From an uncultured Lachnobacterium sp. (GTDB taxonomy: Bacteria; Bacillota; Clostridia; Lachnospirales; Lachnospiraceae), in assembly GCA_900552085.1 (NCBI GenBank), contig URYB01000001.1:1-60413 (forward strand): a stretch of DNA of 60,413 nt, read 5' to 3'. The notes under the pieces are model-generated. The model searched no databases, had not been told where the DNA came from, and saw only the letters and a list, made by a program, of their open reading frames with translations. Shown here piece after piece: positions 9,437 through 19,387 of this stretch. Each line of letters begins with the position of its first letter. The stretch's first letter is position 1. The translations under genes were made by a program, and so were the position numbers.

Positions 9437-10513
9437 ATGAAAACAACAAAGAAAATCGTAATGACCGGTGGTGGTACTGCAGGTCATGTTACACCAAATA
9501 TTGCTTTGATGCCGGCATTAAAAGAAGCTGGTTATGACATTACCTACATAGGTTCTTATAACGGTATGGAGAAGGAATTAATTGAAGCCCAGAATATTCC
9601 ATACATCGGAATTTCTTCCGGTAAACTTCGTCGCTATTTTGACTGGAAAAATTTCTCGGATCCATTTAAAGTTCTCAAAGGTTATGGTCAGGCTATTTCT
9701 ATATTAAAGAAAATAAAACCGGATGTTGTTTTTTCCAAAGGTGGATTTGTTTCTGTTCCAGTGGTACTGGCTGCAAAACACTGCCACATCCCGGCAATCA
9801 TTCATGAATCCGATATTACCCCGGGTCTTGCAAACAAAATCGCAATCCGCGGTGCCAAAAAAGTATGCTGTAACTTCCCGGAAACAATGAAATATCTGCC
9901 TGCAGAGAAAGCTGTCCTGACAGGATCTCCAATTCGCCGGGAACTTTTTACCGGAAATGCAGAAGCATCCATTCACTACTGTGGTTTTCCGGACCACAAA
10001 AAACCAGTTCTCTTAATTGTAGGTGGAAGTTCCGGTTCGAAAGTAATTAACGAAGCAGTCCGCAAAGTATTACCGGAATTACTTGAACAGTTTTATGTCA
10101 TTCATTTATGTGGTAAAGGAAATCTTGATGAGCAGTTAAAAGGCGTTCTTGGATATGCACAGTTTGAATACGCAAGTGCCGAATTAACAGATATGTTTGC
10201 CCTTGCAGATATGGCAATTTCCCGTGCCGGAGCAAATTCCATCTGCGAATTACTGGCTTTGCATAAACCAAATATTCTGATTCCTCTTTCTGCTGCCGCC
10301 AGCCGCGGTGATCAGATCTTGAATGCAAAATCTTTTGCAAAACAGGGATTTTCTTATGTTCTCGAAGAAGAACAGTTAACGGATAAGACACTTCTTTCTG
10401 CAGTAAAAGAAGTATATGAAAACAGAGAAAAATATAAAAAAGCAATGTCCGAAAGCGGACAGATGGATTCCATCGGTACCATCGTAAACTTAATTGAGGA
10501 GCAGGCACGCTAA
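9437..10513 (+). CDS. murG: Undecaprenyl-PP-MurNAc-pentapeptide GlcNAc transferase
   Basis: [30 protein letters not shown] and DQILNA motifs. Confidence 0.96.
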   Translation: MKTTKKIVMTGGGTAGHVTPNIALMPALKEAGYDITYIGSYNGMEKELIEAQNIPYIGISSGKLRRYFDWKNFSDPFKVLKGYGQAISILKKIKPDVVFSKGGFVSVPVVLAAKHCHIPAIIHESDITPGLANKIAIRGAKKVCCNFPETMKYLPAEKAVLTGSPIRRELFTGNAEASIHYCGFPDHKKPVLLIVGGSSGSKVINEAVRKVLPELLEQFYVIHLCGKGNLDEQLKGVLGYAQFEYASAELTDMFALADMAISRAGANSICELLALHKPNILIPLSAAASRGDQILNAKSFAKQGFSYVLEEEQLTDKTLLSAVKEVYENREKYKKAMSESGQMDSIGTIVNLIEEQAR

Positions 10514-10529
10514 TGCCTGCCCTCTTTTT
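10500..10529. terminator. Terminator between the convergent murG and HIT genes
   Basis: ggcaggca/tgcctgcc stem followed by a T-run. Confidence 0.6.
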
Positions 10530-10581
10530 ATATATGCAATAATACTTGCATTATTTTCTGTTTACTATTTCACTTTGTTGC

Positions 10582-10992
10582 TTAAAATTTCATCTCATTA
10601 CAAATAGCTTTCATCTCATCATCTGAGAATTCTTTGTGATCCCAGTCAATGATTGTTTTCTCTCCATCGTATCTTGGAATCAGATGCATATGAAAATGAA
10701 ATACTGTCTGACCGGCAACTTCTCCATTATTCTGCAATACATTATATCCATCACAACCAAGCACTTCTTTTTCATGTGTGATAACACGCTTTGCAAGCTT
10801 TGCCGCCTTAGCAAGAATTTCATCATCAATTTCAAACATGTTTGCATAATGCTGCTTTGGTAAAATCAGAGCATGTCCCTTTGTTGCAGGGCTTGCATCC
10901 AAAATTACATTGAAATCTTCATCCTCATAGATGCTGTTTGTAGGAATGTCTCCATTCGCCAACTTACAAAAAATACAATTATCGTCTTTCAT
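10582..10992 (-). CDS. HIT family protein
   Basis: CIFC and AGQTVFHFHMHLIPR motifs; start moved to MKDDN (RBS aggagg). Confidence 0.92.
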   Translation of the reverse strand: MKDDNCIFCKLANGDIPTNSIYEDEDFNVILDASPATKGHALILPKQHYANMFEIDDEILAKAAKLAKRVITHEKEVLGCDGYNVLQNNGEVAGQTVFHFHMHLIPRYDGEKTIIDWDHKEFSDDEMKAICNEMKF

Positions 10993-11114
10993 TTTTGTCC
11001 TCCTATCCTTGAACATCAGCCCATGCAAAATTTGCTTTCAGCAAATGGGCTGACGCTACATGTCAAGTTTTCATACAAAACTTGACACTATCTTTGATGC
11101 ATTGACACTATCTT

Positions 11115-12110
11115 TTAAAATACAAAAATCTGGTCTAACATACGAAGCGTTTTAAAATTTCCCCGCGCCGTCATTTCCCCTGTCATAAAGGCTCTCTGGA
11201 ACGTCATTCGTCCATCCAAAATGGACTGAAGAACATTTTTGCTCATCTTTGCAACCACATCCACATCATTTTCCTGTCCATAATGCATAACAAGTTCTTC
11301 TCCATCCACGCCAATATACAATGGTTTCTTGATATCCTCTATAATAAGAGAATATCTTGCTTTAAAGTCTTCTGTTGGAATAAAATGACTCTCGAGTTCC
11401 TTGATATATGGCATATCTTCATCACTCTGTGTCTGTCCCAACATATCTTTGAACATCGACGCAAGTTCTTCGATATCTTCTTTTTGCTGCTTCACATAAG
11501 AATCATCTGATACATACTTCGAAAGCTGCTCGCTCTCCTGCGGTGTCAGATTCATACTCTGTGTTCTTGATACATTCTGCTTGATTGCCTGATTACTGCT
11601 TGGCAGACTCTTGATTTTCTGCGAAATCGTGCGATATAAATTCTCTGCTTTCTTTTCTATAATAAGGCCAAAATCCTTATTCATCTGAAAAGTTGTCAGA
11701 TCTTCCACATATCCACACAATCCCGGACATGGCAATCCGCCCAGAATCTCCCAGGCATTCGACAATGTCATCTCGCCCTCTCGCTCTCCATAGGTGGTAG
11801 ACATTACGATCGGTTGCATATACGTATGGCTGATTTTTTCTTTATCTCCATACAACCAGCAGGCATCCAGAAACTGCTGCATATATCCGCCGATTCCCAA
11901 CCACTCAATTGTCGTAGCAAGAATAATTCCATCTGCTTCTTTGAATGTCTGCGGCAATGTTGCAATCTCATTTTTGTGCTCATAGATATTGTAACGCTCA
12001 ATCGATACGCGCAACTCCCGCAATACGTCTTCCATTTTCTTTAATACATAAAGCGTCGGGTCATCCAGCAACCCTCTTCCACCATAATAAACTACTATCT
12101 TCATGCGCAC
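11115..12110 (-). CDS. Flavodoxin-like N-domain plus SCP2 sterol-binding domain protein
   Basis: ADGIILAT flavodoxin-like core; C-terminal FQRAFMTGEMTARG typical of SCP2. Confidence 0.7.
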   Translation of the reverse strand: MRMKIVVYYGGRGLLDDPTLYVLKKMEDVLRELRVSIERYNIYEHKNEIATLPQTFKEADGIILATTIEWLGIGGYMQQFLDACWLYGDKEKISHTYMQPIVMSTTYGEREGEMTLSNAWEILGGLPCPGLCGYVEDLTTFQMNKDFGLIIEKKAENLYRTISQKIKSLPSSNQAIKQNVSRTQSMNLTPQESEQLSKYVSDDSYVKQQKEDIEELASMFKDMLGQTQSDEDMPYIKELESHFIPTEDFKARYSLIIEDIKKPLYIGVDGEELVMHYGQENDVDVVAKMSKNVLQSILDGRMTFQRAFMTGEMTARGNFKTLRMLDQIFVF

Positions 12111-12131
12111 CTTCTCCTTATTCTGCTACTT

Positions 12132-12746
12132 TTAAGTATATGGATTTTCTCTCCTAAAATCAACTCTTCGATACAAAATGATTCCCATAACAAAGCCCAT
12201 AAGCAGGCCTCCAATATGCCCCCAGTTGTCAATTCCACCGGTGGTGATTCCATAATACAGGGTAATTACAATCATAAAAAGTAATCCTTTCCCTGTCAGG
12301 CTCTCATATCGCCCTCTATGCAAAATCACAATCCAAAGTAACGCACCGACAATGCCAAAAATAGCACCGGATGCTCCGGCTGCCACGGCATAATCCTTCG
12401 TATGCAGCATCTGTGCACAGGAAAGTACATTTCCACCTACTCCTGCGATCAAATACAGAATCGTGAATTTTACATGCCCCAATGCTTTCTCTAAAATCAT
12501 TCCTGCACATACAAGAATCAGCATATTGTTCGCTATATGTTCAAATCCAAAATGCATAAATGTAGCTGTCAGAAGTCTCCAGTACTCATGTCCCTCACTG
12601 ACATATGGCGGCCAGACGGCTCCGTGCGCTGCCATAAATTCAGAATTCTGTGTATCTCCTATAATCTCCAACACAACAAACACAAGTACATTGATTGCGA
12701 CAAATGTGATCGTCATAATTGGCTTGCTGTCTTTTCGCTCTGACAT
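12132..12746 (-). CDS. Rhomboid intramembrane serine protease
   Basis: WRLLT, HIANN, GASG and GHIGG motifs; start moved to MSERK. Confidence 0.92.
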   Translation of the reverse strand: MSERKDSKPIMTITFVAINVLVFVVLEIIGDTQNSEFMAAHGAVWPPYVSEGHEYWRLLTATFMHFGFEHIANNMLILVCAGMILEKALGHVKFTILYLIAGVGGNVLSCAQMLHTKDYAVAAGASGAIFGIVGALLWIVILHRGRYESLTGKGLLFMIVITLYYGITTGGIDNWGHIGGLLMGFVMGIILYRRVDFRRENPYT

Positions 12747-12820
12747 CGCATATACCTCATTCCATAGTAAATAAAATTTTCTTAGTTTAAGTATACGCAT
12801 GAATGGATGGAATTACAAGC

Positions 12821-14023
12821 CTAACAAAAACGGAATCGCACATCTGCAAACCTTACAATATCGTTCGCCTGAAGCATCTTCTTTTGCTTATATGGTAATG
12901 CTTCATCATTTACAAATGTACCGTTCGTGGAATTCAAATCTTCTATATAAAAGGAGTTCCCTTCCGGACAGATTCTCGCATGTAACTGACTAATGGTTTC
13001 TTTATCAATTTTAACATCTGCAGCTGCACCTTTTCCCACCTGTAAAGGCTTCTGATCCAGATAAATGTCTGATAGCTGCTCCGTTCCCTGATATAAAAGA
13101 ACTCCTCTTACCTGTCCCTCATTGCCTGTTAAGCAAACGGTCGGATGAATCGTTGGTTGTGGAACTGTATAGATTTGTTCTTCCGGATACACCACTTCTG
13201 TTTTTTTCGTCTGTTTCTTTTTTGTTTTCTCAACAGTTTTAAATCCAAATGAACTGAGTTTTTCCTTTATAAAACTATCCCACTGTCTTTTCTTATTCTT
13301 ACTCGGCTCCTGCTTTTGGAGATTTACACTAGAATAAGTACGATTTTCCTCCACACGCTGTACCATCGGTTTTTCTTCCATAAAATCAGATACAACTGGA
13401 ATATTTCTCTGCTTCACATTACTATCCACAATATTTGCAGAAGGTTTTGCAAAAGGAACATTCTTCTCTGTCTGTTCCACAGGTTCTGACCGGGTAAGCC
13501 AGTCCCTCACATCACGAATTGTCATTCCTTCTTCCAAAGACTTTTCATATACACCATAGGCAGCATGAACTGCCAACGCATCTTTATGATCCACTTTTGT
13601 CAGCAAATATTCCATCAACTGTCGAAATCCGTCTTCTACATTTTGATCAGTACCTGGATATGAGGTAAAAATAAACTCCTGATTACTGTTTGTGACAAAA
13701 ATACATTCCGGTTCTAAAAGTAAACTTCCCATCGAAATCAGATTCCATTCCAATATTTCCATCTGACTGCAAATACTAATGATAATTTTTTTAATCACAT
13801 CTATGCCAACATTTTGAATGCTGCAATAGGTATCCAGAGATTGCTTTCCTGATATATTGTACCAATACTGACCATTTCCATCCAGGTAGGCTTTCTCCAT
13901 TGGCAACAATCCCGGAATTTTTCTTCTCAAAAGAATTTTTTCATCCAGAGTTTCCTCCTGATTTGAAAAAATTTTCATATAGCTTCCTGTCGGATTTCGC
14001 TCATATACAATTTCATGATTCAT
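12821..14023 (-). CDS. DUF6382-like plus FHA domain protein (Tad locus)
   Basis: C-terminal FHA motifs ISQLHA and DLNSTNGTFVN; follows the pilin genes in the operon. Confidence 0.8.
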   Translation of the reverse strand: MNHEIVYERNPTGSYMKIFSNQEETLDEKILLRRKIPGLLPMEKAYLDGNGQYWYNISGKQSLDTYCSIQNVGIDVIKKIIISICSQMEILEWNLISMGSLLLEPECIFVTNSNQEFIFTSYPGTDQNVEDGFRQLMEYLLTKVDHKDALAVHAAYGVYEKSLEEGMTIRDVRDWLTRSEPVEQTEKNVPFAKPSANIVDSNVKQRNIPVVSDFMEEKPMVQRVEENRTYSSVNLQKQEPSKNKKRQWDSFIKEKLSSFGFKTVEKTKKKQTKKTEVVYPEEQIYTVPQPTIHPTVCLTGNEGQVRGVLLYQGTEQLSDIYLDQKPLQVGKGAAADVKIDKETISQLHARICPEGNSFYIEDLNSTNGTFVNDEALPYKQKKMLQANDIVRFADVRFRFC

Positions 14024-14234
14024 TATTTATCACCTCATCCACGATCTGATATTTATAAAATTCTTTTACCTGCCACATCTGCACAATTTTTTCCTGCTCC
14101 TGCTCTCCTCTTATTTCCTGATATAAGTCCAAACCAATCAGCATTGCAACCAGCATCGCACTAAGAAGAATTGGAACAATAAATGCGGCCTCTACTGTAT
14201 AGCTGGCTTTCCATTCTCTTCTGATCAATGCCAT
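14013..14234 (-). CDS. TadE-like minor pilin
   Basis: KA|SYTVE class III signal peptide with E at +5 and a hydrophobic helix. Confidence 0.75.
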   Translation of the reverse strand: MALIRREWKASYTVEAAFIVPILLSAMLVAMLIGLDLYQEIRGEQEQEKIVQMWQVKEFYKYQIVDEVINNES

Positions 14235-14257
14235 TTTGCACCATCTCTCTTTTAAAG

Positions 14258-14704
14258 CTATAACAAAACCACTATCAAGTGTGCTACAAAAAGAAACGGA
14301 ACAAATGGCAGTAACTCTTTCTTTCCTTTGTGATATACAACAATCAGAAATACTGCTGCCAATCCCGCCAGCGTCAATGCCAGCATACTTAATCCGATAA
14401 TTTCAAAAATATTCAAATAGCACCCTAATGCCAGAATAACCAGACCATCTCCATAACCAATTGTTTCCTTTGTAAGTAATCCAAGAAAAAGTACGAAGAT
14501 TCCCGGTACAAAGCCAAGGATCAGTCTCCAGTCAAACCAGTTTCCATTTAAAAATGAAAGAATTGCTCCCAACAGCGCAAAAACAATAATTGACATTGAC
14601 CGGACTTTTCGTGTTTTTATATCCTCTAACGCCAAAAAGCCCAGCCCAACCATCAAAACAATGCCCTGAATATTTTCTAATAATGACTTCCACATTTTGA
14701 ACAT
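14258..14704 (-). CDS. A24 family prepilin peptidase
   Basis: EDIKTRKV first Asp, GYGD motif, LPFVPFL. Confidence 0.8.
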   Translation of the reverse strand: MFKMWKSLLENIQGIVLMVGLGFLALEDIKTRKVRSMSIIVFALLGAILSFLNGNWFDWRLILGFVPGIFVLFLGLLTKETIGYGDGLVILALGCYLNIFEIIGLSMLALTLAGLAAVFLIVVYHKGKKELLPFVPFLFVAHLIVVLL

Positions 14705-15591
14705 GCCCCCTTACCACCGACTTCTGAGATCGGTATTAAATAAATTGTTCTTTTTAATCCACTACACCCAAGACTTGCGTGATAACAAGTTCCATAATCC
14801 GTTATATATACATTACCAAGTCCCGTTTTTCCTGCCACGCATCCGCTACACGCGTAGTATTTATGTTCATTTTTGTTTCTTTTATTCCCTACATCTGCAT
14901 AATTTACTGCACGAATGGTTAAGTCCAGATAATTGCATTCTCTGCTCCGATGATACACTGTCCCATGCTCTGTTACGTATACATAGTCCTCATTTCCCCC
15001 ACAATTCGGATCTGCATCGCCTGTCCACATTCTACTTTTGCTTGTTTGCGATACCCGGACGCCTTTTTCATTGAAAAATCCCACTGGGAGCTTTATAGTA
15101 TAATCTGCATTTAACTCTACGTAACCCCTGTCAAATGACGATCCCAAAAGAGAAACTCCAAGATATCCCCTTTTTGCATATTTATCCGGCAGTGAATATT
15201 GACGAAGTTCCTTTTGAAACACAGCTTCCGCAGATGCCAGCAATGCCGTCGGTGATTCCACCATAGATGCTTCAGTTGCCACTTTTCTACTGGTATATAC
15301 CAACGCCTCCTGCACCTGCGTCTCTATTTGCAGAATGCGGAAAAATAAAAGCAGTACTGCAAAAAATCCAGCTACCATAGGAATGATGACTGCTGCTTCC
15401 AGAGTATATGAGGCCTTGAAACGGATGTACAAGGGTGTCTTTTTGATGCAGGATGTAACACTGCTAATAAGTAATTTAAAAAAATAGGATGATTTTGTTT
15501 GCGGTACAAAATCTTTCTCACTTTTGCTTGCAGACTCTGGGAGAGTTTTTGATGTATTGTGCAACTTTCGCATACAAAAAGACACCCTCAT
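14677..15591 (-). CDS. TadE-like pilus protein with two C-terminal Cys/His motifs
   Basis: KA|SYTLE pilin motif; two YxTxxGxxYH..C..CxxC repeats; start 15591 overlaps the upstream stop (ATGA) and has an AAGGAGG RBS. Confidence 0.75.
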   Translation of the reverse strand: MRVSFCMRKLHNTSKTLPESASKSEKDFVPQTKSSYFFKLLISSVTSCIKKTPLYIRFKASYTLEAAVIIPMVAGFFAVLLLFFRILQIETQVQEALVYTSRKVATEASMVESPTALLASAEAVFQKELRQYSLPDKYAKRGYLGVSLLGSSFDRGYVELNADYTIKLPVGFFNEKGVRVSQTSKSRMWTGDADPNCGGNEDYVYVTEHGTVYHRSRECNYLDLTIRAVNYADVGNKRNKNEHKYYACSGCVAGKTGLGNVYITDYGTCYHASLGCSGLKRTIYLIPISEVGGKGACSKCGSHY

Positions 15592-17216
15592 ACACCCTCC
15601 TTCCCCACAAGATAGCTGTAATGTGACGTTTGCTGTATTCGAAAGTTGTTCATCTTCTTTTCTACTAGAGTGACAAAACCAAGAAATACCGGCGAATACT
15701 CGTAGGTCGCACAAACCTTTGCATCAACCATGACCCGATCCATCTTAAAATCCTCATACCCTTCCACACTACAGACTGTGGCTTCCTGCATATCCATTGC
15801 CCGCATACAGACTTTCCCATTATTCTGAAAAAACAATAATGCGGCCATATGGCTTTGATAATCGAAACCTGATGCGGATTCCTTTGCCTTGCTCCATCCG
15901 GAAAGCAATGTTGGCAGTTCGGATAAATTCGATGTCCATGTAAGATGTGTTTTGATGACAGGAATTTTTCCACCCTGCAATAACGTCCGCAAATCCAACA
16001 CACTTTCGACAAAAGCCCACGCAGCAAGTATTGCATATTTTACAAATGCAATGATTACCGGATTCAAAGTGAATCCCACCAATGTAACAGCCATGGCAAG
16101 TGCTTCTGCCTGTTTGTCTTCCATAGTTACAATACTGGCCATATTTACAGCCTCTCTTACGGCCATAAGTTCTTTGATTACCGTCCGCAGATTTTCTGCA
16201 TCTTCACTTTTTCCTGCAATCAAATATTCCAATTCATATTTCATGTAATGACCACTTTTTTGATTTGTATAACAGGAAAAATAATTATTAAAGTACTGAT
16301 TCAAAAGCACGTCCGAATACCAGTCATCTGAACCTTCTCGTTGCGCATTCCCTGTTTCTAATGTTCGATGGGAAACGCTACTGTCCAAAGAAATCGCACA
16401 ATTCGACAGTGTCGTATCACTCGGAAGAACAAGCGATAACACACCATTCTTCTTTGCATCTGATACAATATCCAGTAGATTTTCTTCCTCCGCCGATGTC
16501 TCCGTCGCCATCTCAGAGGTCTGTACATCCTTTGATTGAGTGCTTGTTGTCTGTGTTTTTGCACCAGATGTGCCCTTCGTCTTTGGTAATTTCTTCTGTT
16601 TCTTCTGTTTTTTCTGTTCTTCCTGCTTCCTTTGTTCTTCTTCACGAGCCTCTTTGATCGAGTCTCGTGCTCCATCAATACTGTCAGCAGCATCCCCATA
16701 TGAATCTTTTGCATTCTTGATATAATCAAGATTATCATAAATGGTGCGCGCAGTTTCATATGCAAGATTCTCTTTCATATATGCACATACAACTTCCTGA
16801 AATACGACCCCTCCATCATCTGTCATCAACAAAAACTCTTCAAAATTTGCATCTGTCATTTTTGCTGTCAATAGAGATGTTCCTGCGAGCAGAGATTTCT
16901 CTCTGCCCCCAAGATTTACCTCCGTCAGATTTTGCAGCTGTGCCTGTACATTGTTGAATGACAAATCTCCATCCGAATTGACAACTGAGGTTCCAAGTAA
17001 ACGATATTCTTCCCAGAAAGGACTACAATAATTGGCAAATATCGATTCTAGAACAGATTCTGTATTCATCTGTAATGCTTTTCGCACCTCAATTGTTCGG
17101 GAAACTTCCAACATTGTAAAAATAAACTGCGCAATCAACATAAATGACAAAGCGGCAAATACGGTAATGCTTCCTTTATAGTTTTTTCGTTTTGTCTTTA
17201 TGTTTCGTTTTTTCAT
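15588..17216 (-). CDS. DUF5702-like / TadG-like pilus accessory protein
   Basis: KG|SITVF pilin-like N-terminus, YELEYLIAGK motif, Tad operon context. Confidence 0.75.
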   Translation of the reverse strand: MKKRNIKTKRKNYKGSITVFAALSFMLIAQFIFTMLEVSRTIEVRKALQMNTESVLESIFANYCSPFWEEYRLLGTSVVNSDGDLSFNNVQAQLQNLTEVNLGGREKSLLAGTSLLTAKMTDANFEEFLLMTDDGGVVFQEVVCAYMKENLAYETARTIYDNLDYIKNAKDSYGDAADSIDGARDSIKEAREEEQRKQEEQKKQKKQKKLPKTKGTSGAKTQTTSTQSKDVQTSEMATETSAEEENLLDIVSDAKKNGVLSLVLPSDTTLSNCAISLDSSVSHRTLETGNAQREGSDDWYSDVLLNQYFNNYFSCYTNQKSGHYMKYELEYLIAGKSEDAENLRTVIKELMAVREAVNMASIVTMEDKQAEALAMAVTLVGFTLNPVIIAFVKYAILAAWAFVESVLDLRTLLQGGKIPVIKTHLTWTSNLSELPTLLSGWSKAKESASGFDYQSHMAALLFFQNNGKVCMRAMDMQEATVCSVEGYEDFKMDRVMVDAKVCATYEYSPVFLGFVTLVEKKMNNFRIQQTSHYSYLVGKEGV

Positions 17217-17383
17217 TATACTTTTCCAGAACGTTCTTCAATTGTTTTGAAAATATCGCCCACAACTTTCTTTAATTTATCACGAAAAATGATAACAACA
17301 CCGATTAAAACCACCACGATGAGCACCATTTCCACGACTCCCACACCATCTTCTTCCATTAAAAAATTTTTAAATACTAACAT
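17216..17383 (-). CDS. flp: Flp1 family type IVb major pilin (55 aa, not in the ORF track)
   Basis: Manual translation MLVFKNFLMEEDG|VGVVEMVLIVVVLIGVVIIFRDKLKKVVGDIFKTIEERSGKV; strong AAGGAGGAG RBS; TAATG overlap with the next gene. Confidence 0.9.
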   Translation of the reverse strand: MLVFKNFLMEEDGVGVVEMVLIVVVLIGVVIIFRDKLKKVVGDIFKTIEERSGKV

Positions 17384-17395
17384 AATTTCTCCTCC

Positions 17396-18631
17396 TTATA
17401 TTTGAAATGCAAGCAATGCAGGTGTCATAATAATCGCAAAGACAATTCCAAGCATAAGCAAAAGCGGAAACAGCATCTTTGTCCCGGCTTCTTCCCCCAT
17501 TCGCTTCGCAAGTGCCTTTCTTTCCTCCATGGCACCCTCTGCTTCCTGACTTAATAATTGACAAATTCCACGACTTCCTGTCTGTACGTTCTGTACCAGA
17601 ATGCGAACCAGACGCTGATAAGACCCAACTTCGGTTCTTTCCCCGAATTTCTGATATGCTGCCAACTCGGTTTCTCCATCCTGAATCTCATGATTTGTGT
17701 AAACCATTTCTTCATAGATAAAACGCTTTGGCACTTCCTTTTTCTTCCTCTTGTCGGAATATCGCGCGGAAATTATATTCCATGATTGCTTTAAAGACAT
17801 GCCGGCACCCATTAAAATCAGTAATTTACTGACAACTTCTGAATAATCCAACATCATCTGCTCCTGCCGCTCCTTGCGCTTTGCTTTCTCCCGTTCTATA
17901 CGAACGAAATACAATAAAACAAGAACAATCACCTCAAAGAAAAGCATTTTGATTACCAGATGCCTTTTTGCCTCTGTCCATCGCAGGGAAATACCATTGA
18001 CTTCTTTGGGGAGTGTCAGCAATTGGCTTCCCTCTTTTTTTGCATCCTTATCAATTGCTTCCTGAACATCTTTTAAAATTTTCTCGCTCTCCGATAAGGT
18101 TCTTGGATATACCATAAAAGCAAACACATATTCCTGCTTATAATTTCCACAGGTAAGATGAACAGTCGCCTGCTCCAAAGCACCATTTTGTGGTACTGCC
18201 TCTTCTATAATGACTCCGTCCACATCCACAATCCTGTAGCTGTCTAACGTCCATTCTGCTTTGACCATTCCTTTTTGATATGAAGTCTGCATATTTACCG
18301 GTAAAGTCACTGCATTTTCGTCATCGCCTTCTGCATAAAAAGACTTTGAAATTTCTTCTTTCGCAGCATCAAAATACTGGTCAGCCTCTTCTTTTGTGAC
18401 ATCAGCAGCCGGAACCACAAGTGTATAATCATAATTTTTCACCGCATCGCCTGCATTAAGCTGCAGTTCTACTTCCTGATCATATTCTCCCGGGCTCCCC
18501 CGGATCACCTGATTTTTGCTATTGATGTTCTGCTCAGACGCTTCAACATAGCCTGCCAGAAAGAGCAACAGTACACATACAATTGCAATTTCCACGCATT
18601 TTTTCTTTTGCAATAAAATTCCCCCTTCCAT
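17396..18631 (-). CDS. TadC-like T2SS-F family membrane protein with an extracellular N-domain
   Basis: LLILMGAGMS and GEEAGTKMLFPL motifs. Confidence 0.8.
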   Translation of the reverse strand: MEGGILLQKKKCVEIAIVCVLLLFLAGYVEASEQNINSKNQVIRGSPGEYDQEVELQLNAGDAVKNYDYTLVVPAADVTKEEADQYFDAAKEEISKSFYAEGDDENAVTLPVNMQTSYQKGMVKAEWTLDSYRIVDVDGVIIEEAVPQNGALEQATVHLTCGNYKQEYVFAFMVYPRTLSESEKILKDVQEAIDKDAKKEGSQLLTLPKEVNGISLRWTEAKRHLVIKMLFFEVIVLVLLYFVRIEREKAKRKERQEQMMLDYSEVVSKLLILMGAGMSLKQSWNIISARYSDKRKKKEVPKRFIYEEMVYTNHEIQDGETELAAYQKFGERTEVGSYQRLVRILVQNVQTGSRGICQLLSQEAEGAMEERKALAKRMGEEAGTKMLFPLLLMLGIVFAIIMTPALLAFQI

Positions 18632-18649
18632 TCTCCTTTTTCAATCTAT

Positions 18650-19387
18650 TTACATATGTATTGCGAGAATGCGATTTGCCAGCACAATGGCACCTGCATA
18701 GGCCGCCAGACACCCCGTCATAAATAAAATTCCTGTGGGATTCCCATACATACTGTCCAACATATCTGCCGATGTAAGTTTCAGATAGGCCAGGATCAAT
18801 ATCGGAATAAAGTTCATTACCTTTTGTTCCAATTTGCGGGATGCCACCAAAACCTGAATTTCCCGTTCAGTTTCATAACGCATGCGCATATGTGCTTCCG
18901 TTCCTTTTATGATGGTTTCAAAATTACCTCCACTTCGCTTTGCAAACGAAAACACTTCCGAAAAACTTGCAATATCTGCATTTCCTGATCGCATAGCAAA
19001 ATCTTCCAGCAAGCTTTCTATCGGCATGTTGTATCGCACAGACTGGTTCATTTGGACAAGTTCCTGATACATCGCGGCATCTTCCCCATATAATTCCTTC
19101 ATCTCTTTTTCTGCTTCTCTCCATGCATTCTCTATGGAACAGCCTGCCAGAAGTGCAGCACTGATTGTTCGAAGTGTATCTAAAAATTCTTTTGCCAATC
19201 TGCTTTGTACTTCCTCTTTCCCTTTTGCCATTGCACTTCTATAAAAGAAAACGAATAGTAACGGAATCAACAAAAGTCCCAGCCAGTGATCATAAAATAA
19301 ATATGCAATGACCACTCCAATTCCAATCGACAACAAAAGACACTTTCCTTTTTCTTTCCATGTTAATTTATACTGTCTGTAATCCAT
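18650..19387 (-). CDS. tadB: TadB-like T2SS-F family protein
   Basis: LLAGCSIENA and AKRSGGN motifs, TM helices, follows cpaF. Confidence 0.8.
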   Translation of the reverse strand: MDYRQYKLTWKEKGKCLLLSIGIGVVIAYLFYDHWLGLLLIPLLFVFFYRSAMAKGKEEVQSRLAKEFLDTLRTISAALLAGCSIENAWREAEKEMKELYGEDAAMYQELVQMNQSVRYNMPIESLLEDFAMRSGNADIASFSEVFSFAKRSGGNFETIIKGTEAHMRMRYETEREIQVLVASRKLEQKVMNFIPILILAYLKLTSADMLDSMYGNPTGILFMTGCLAAYAGAIVLANRILAIHM

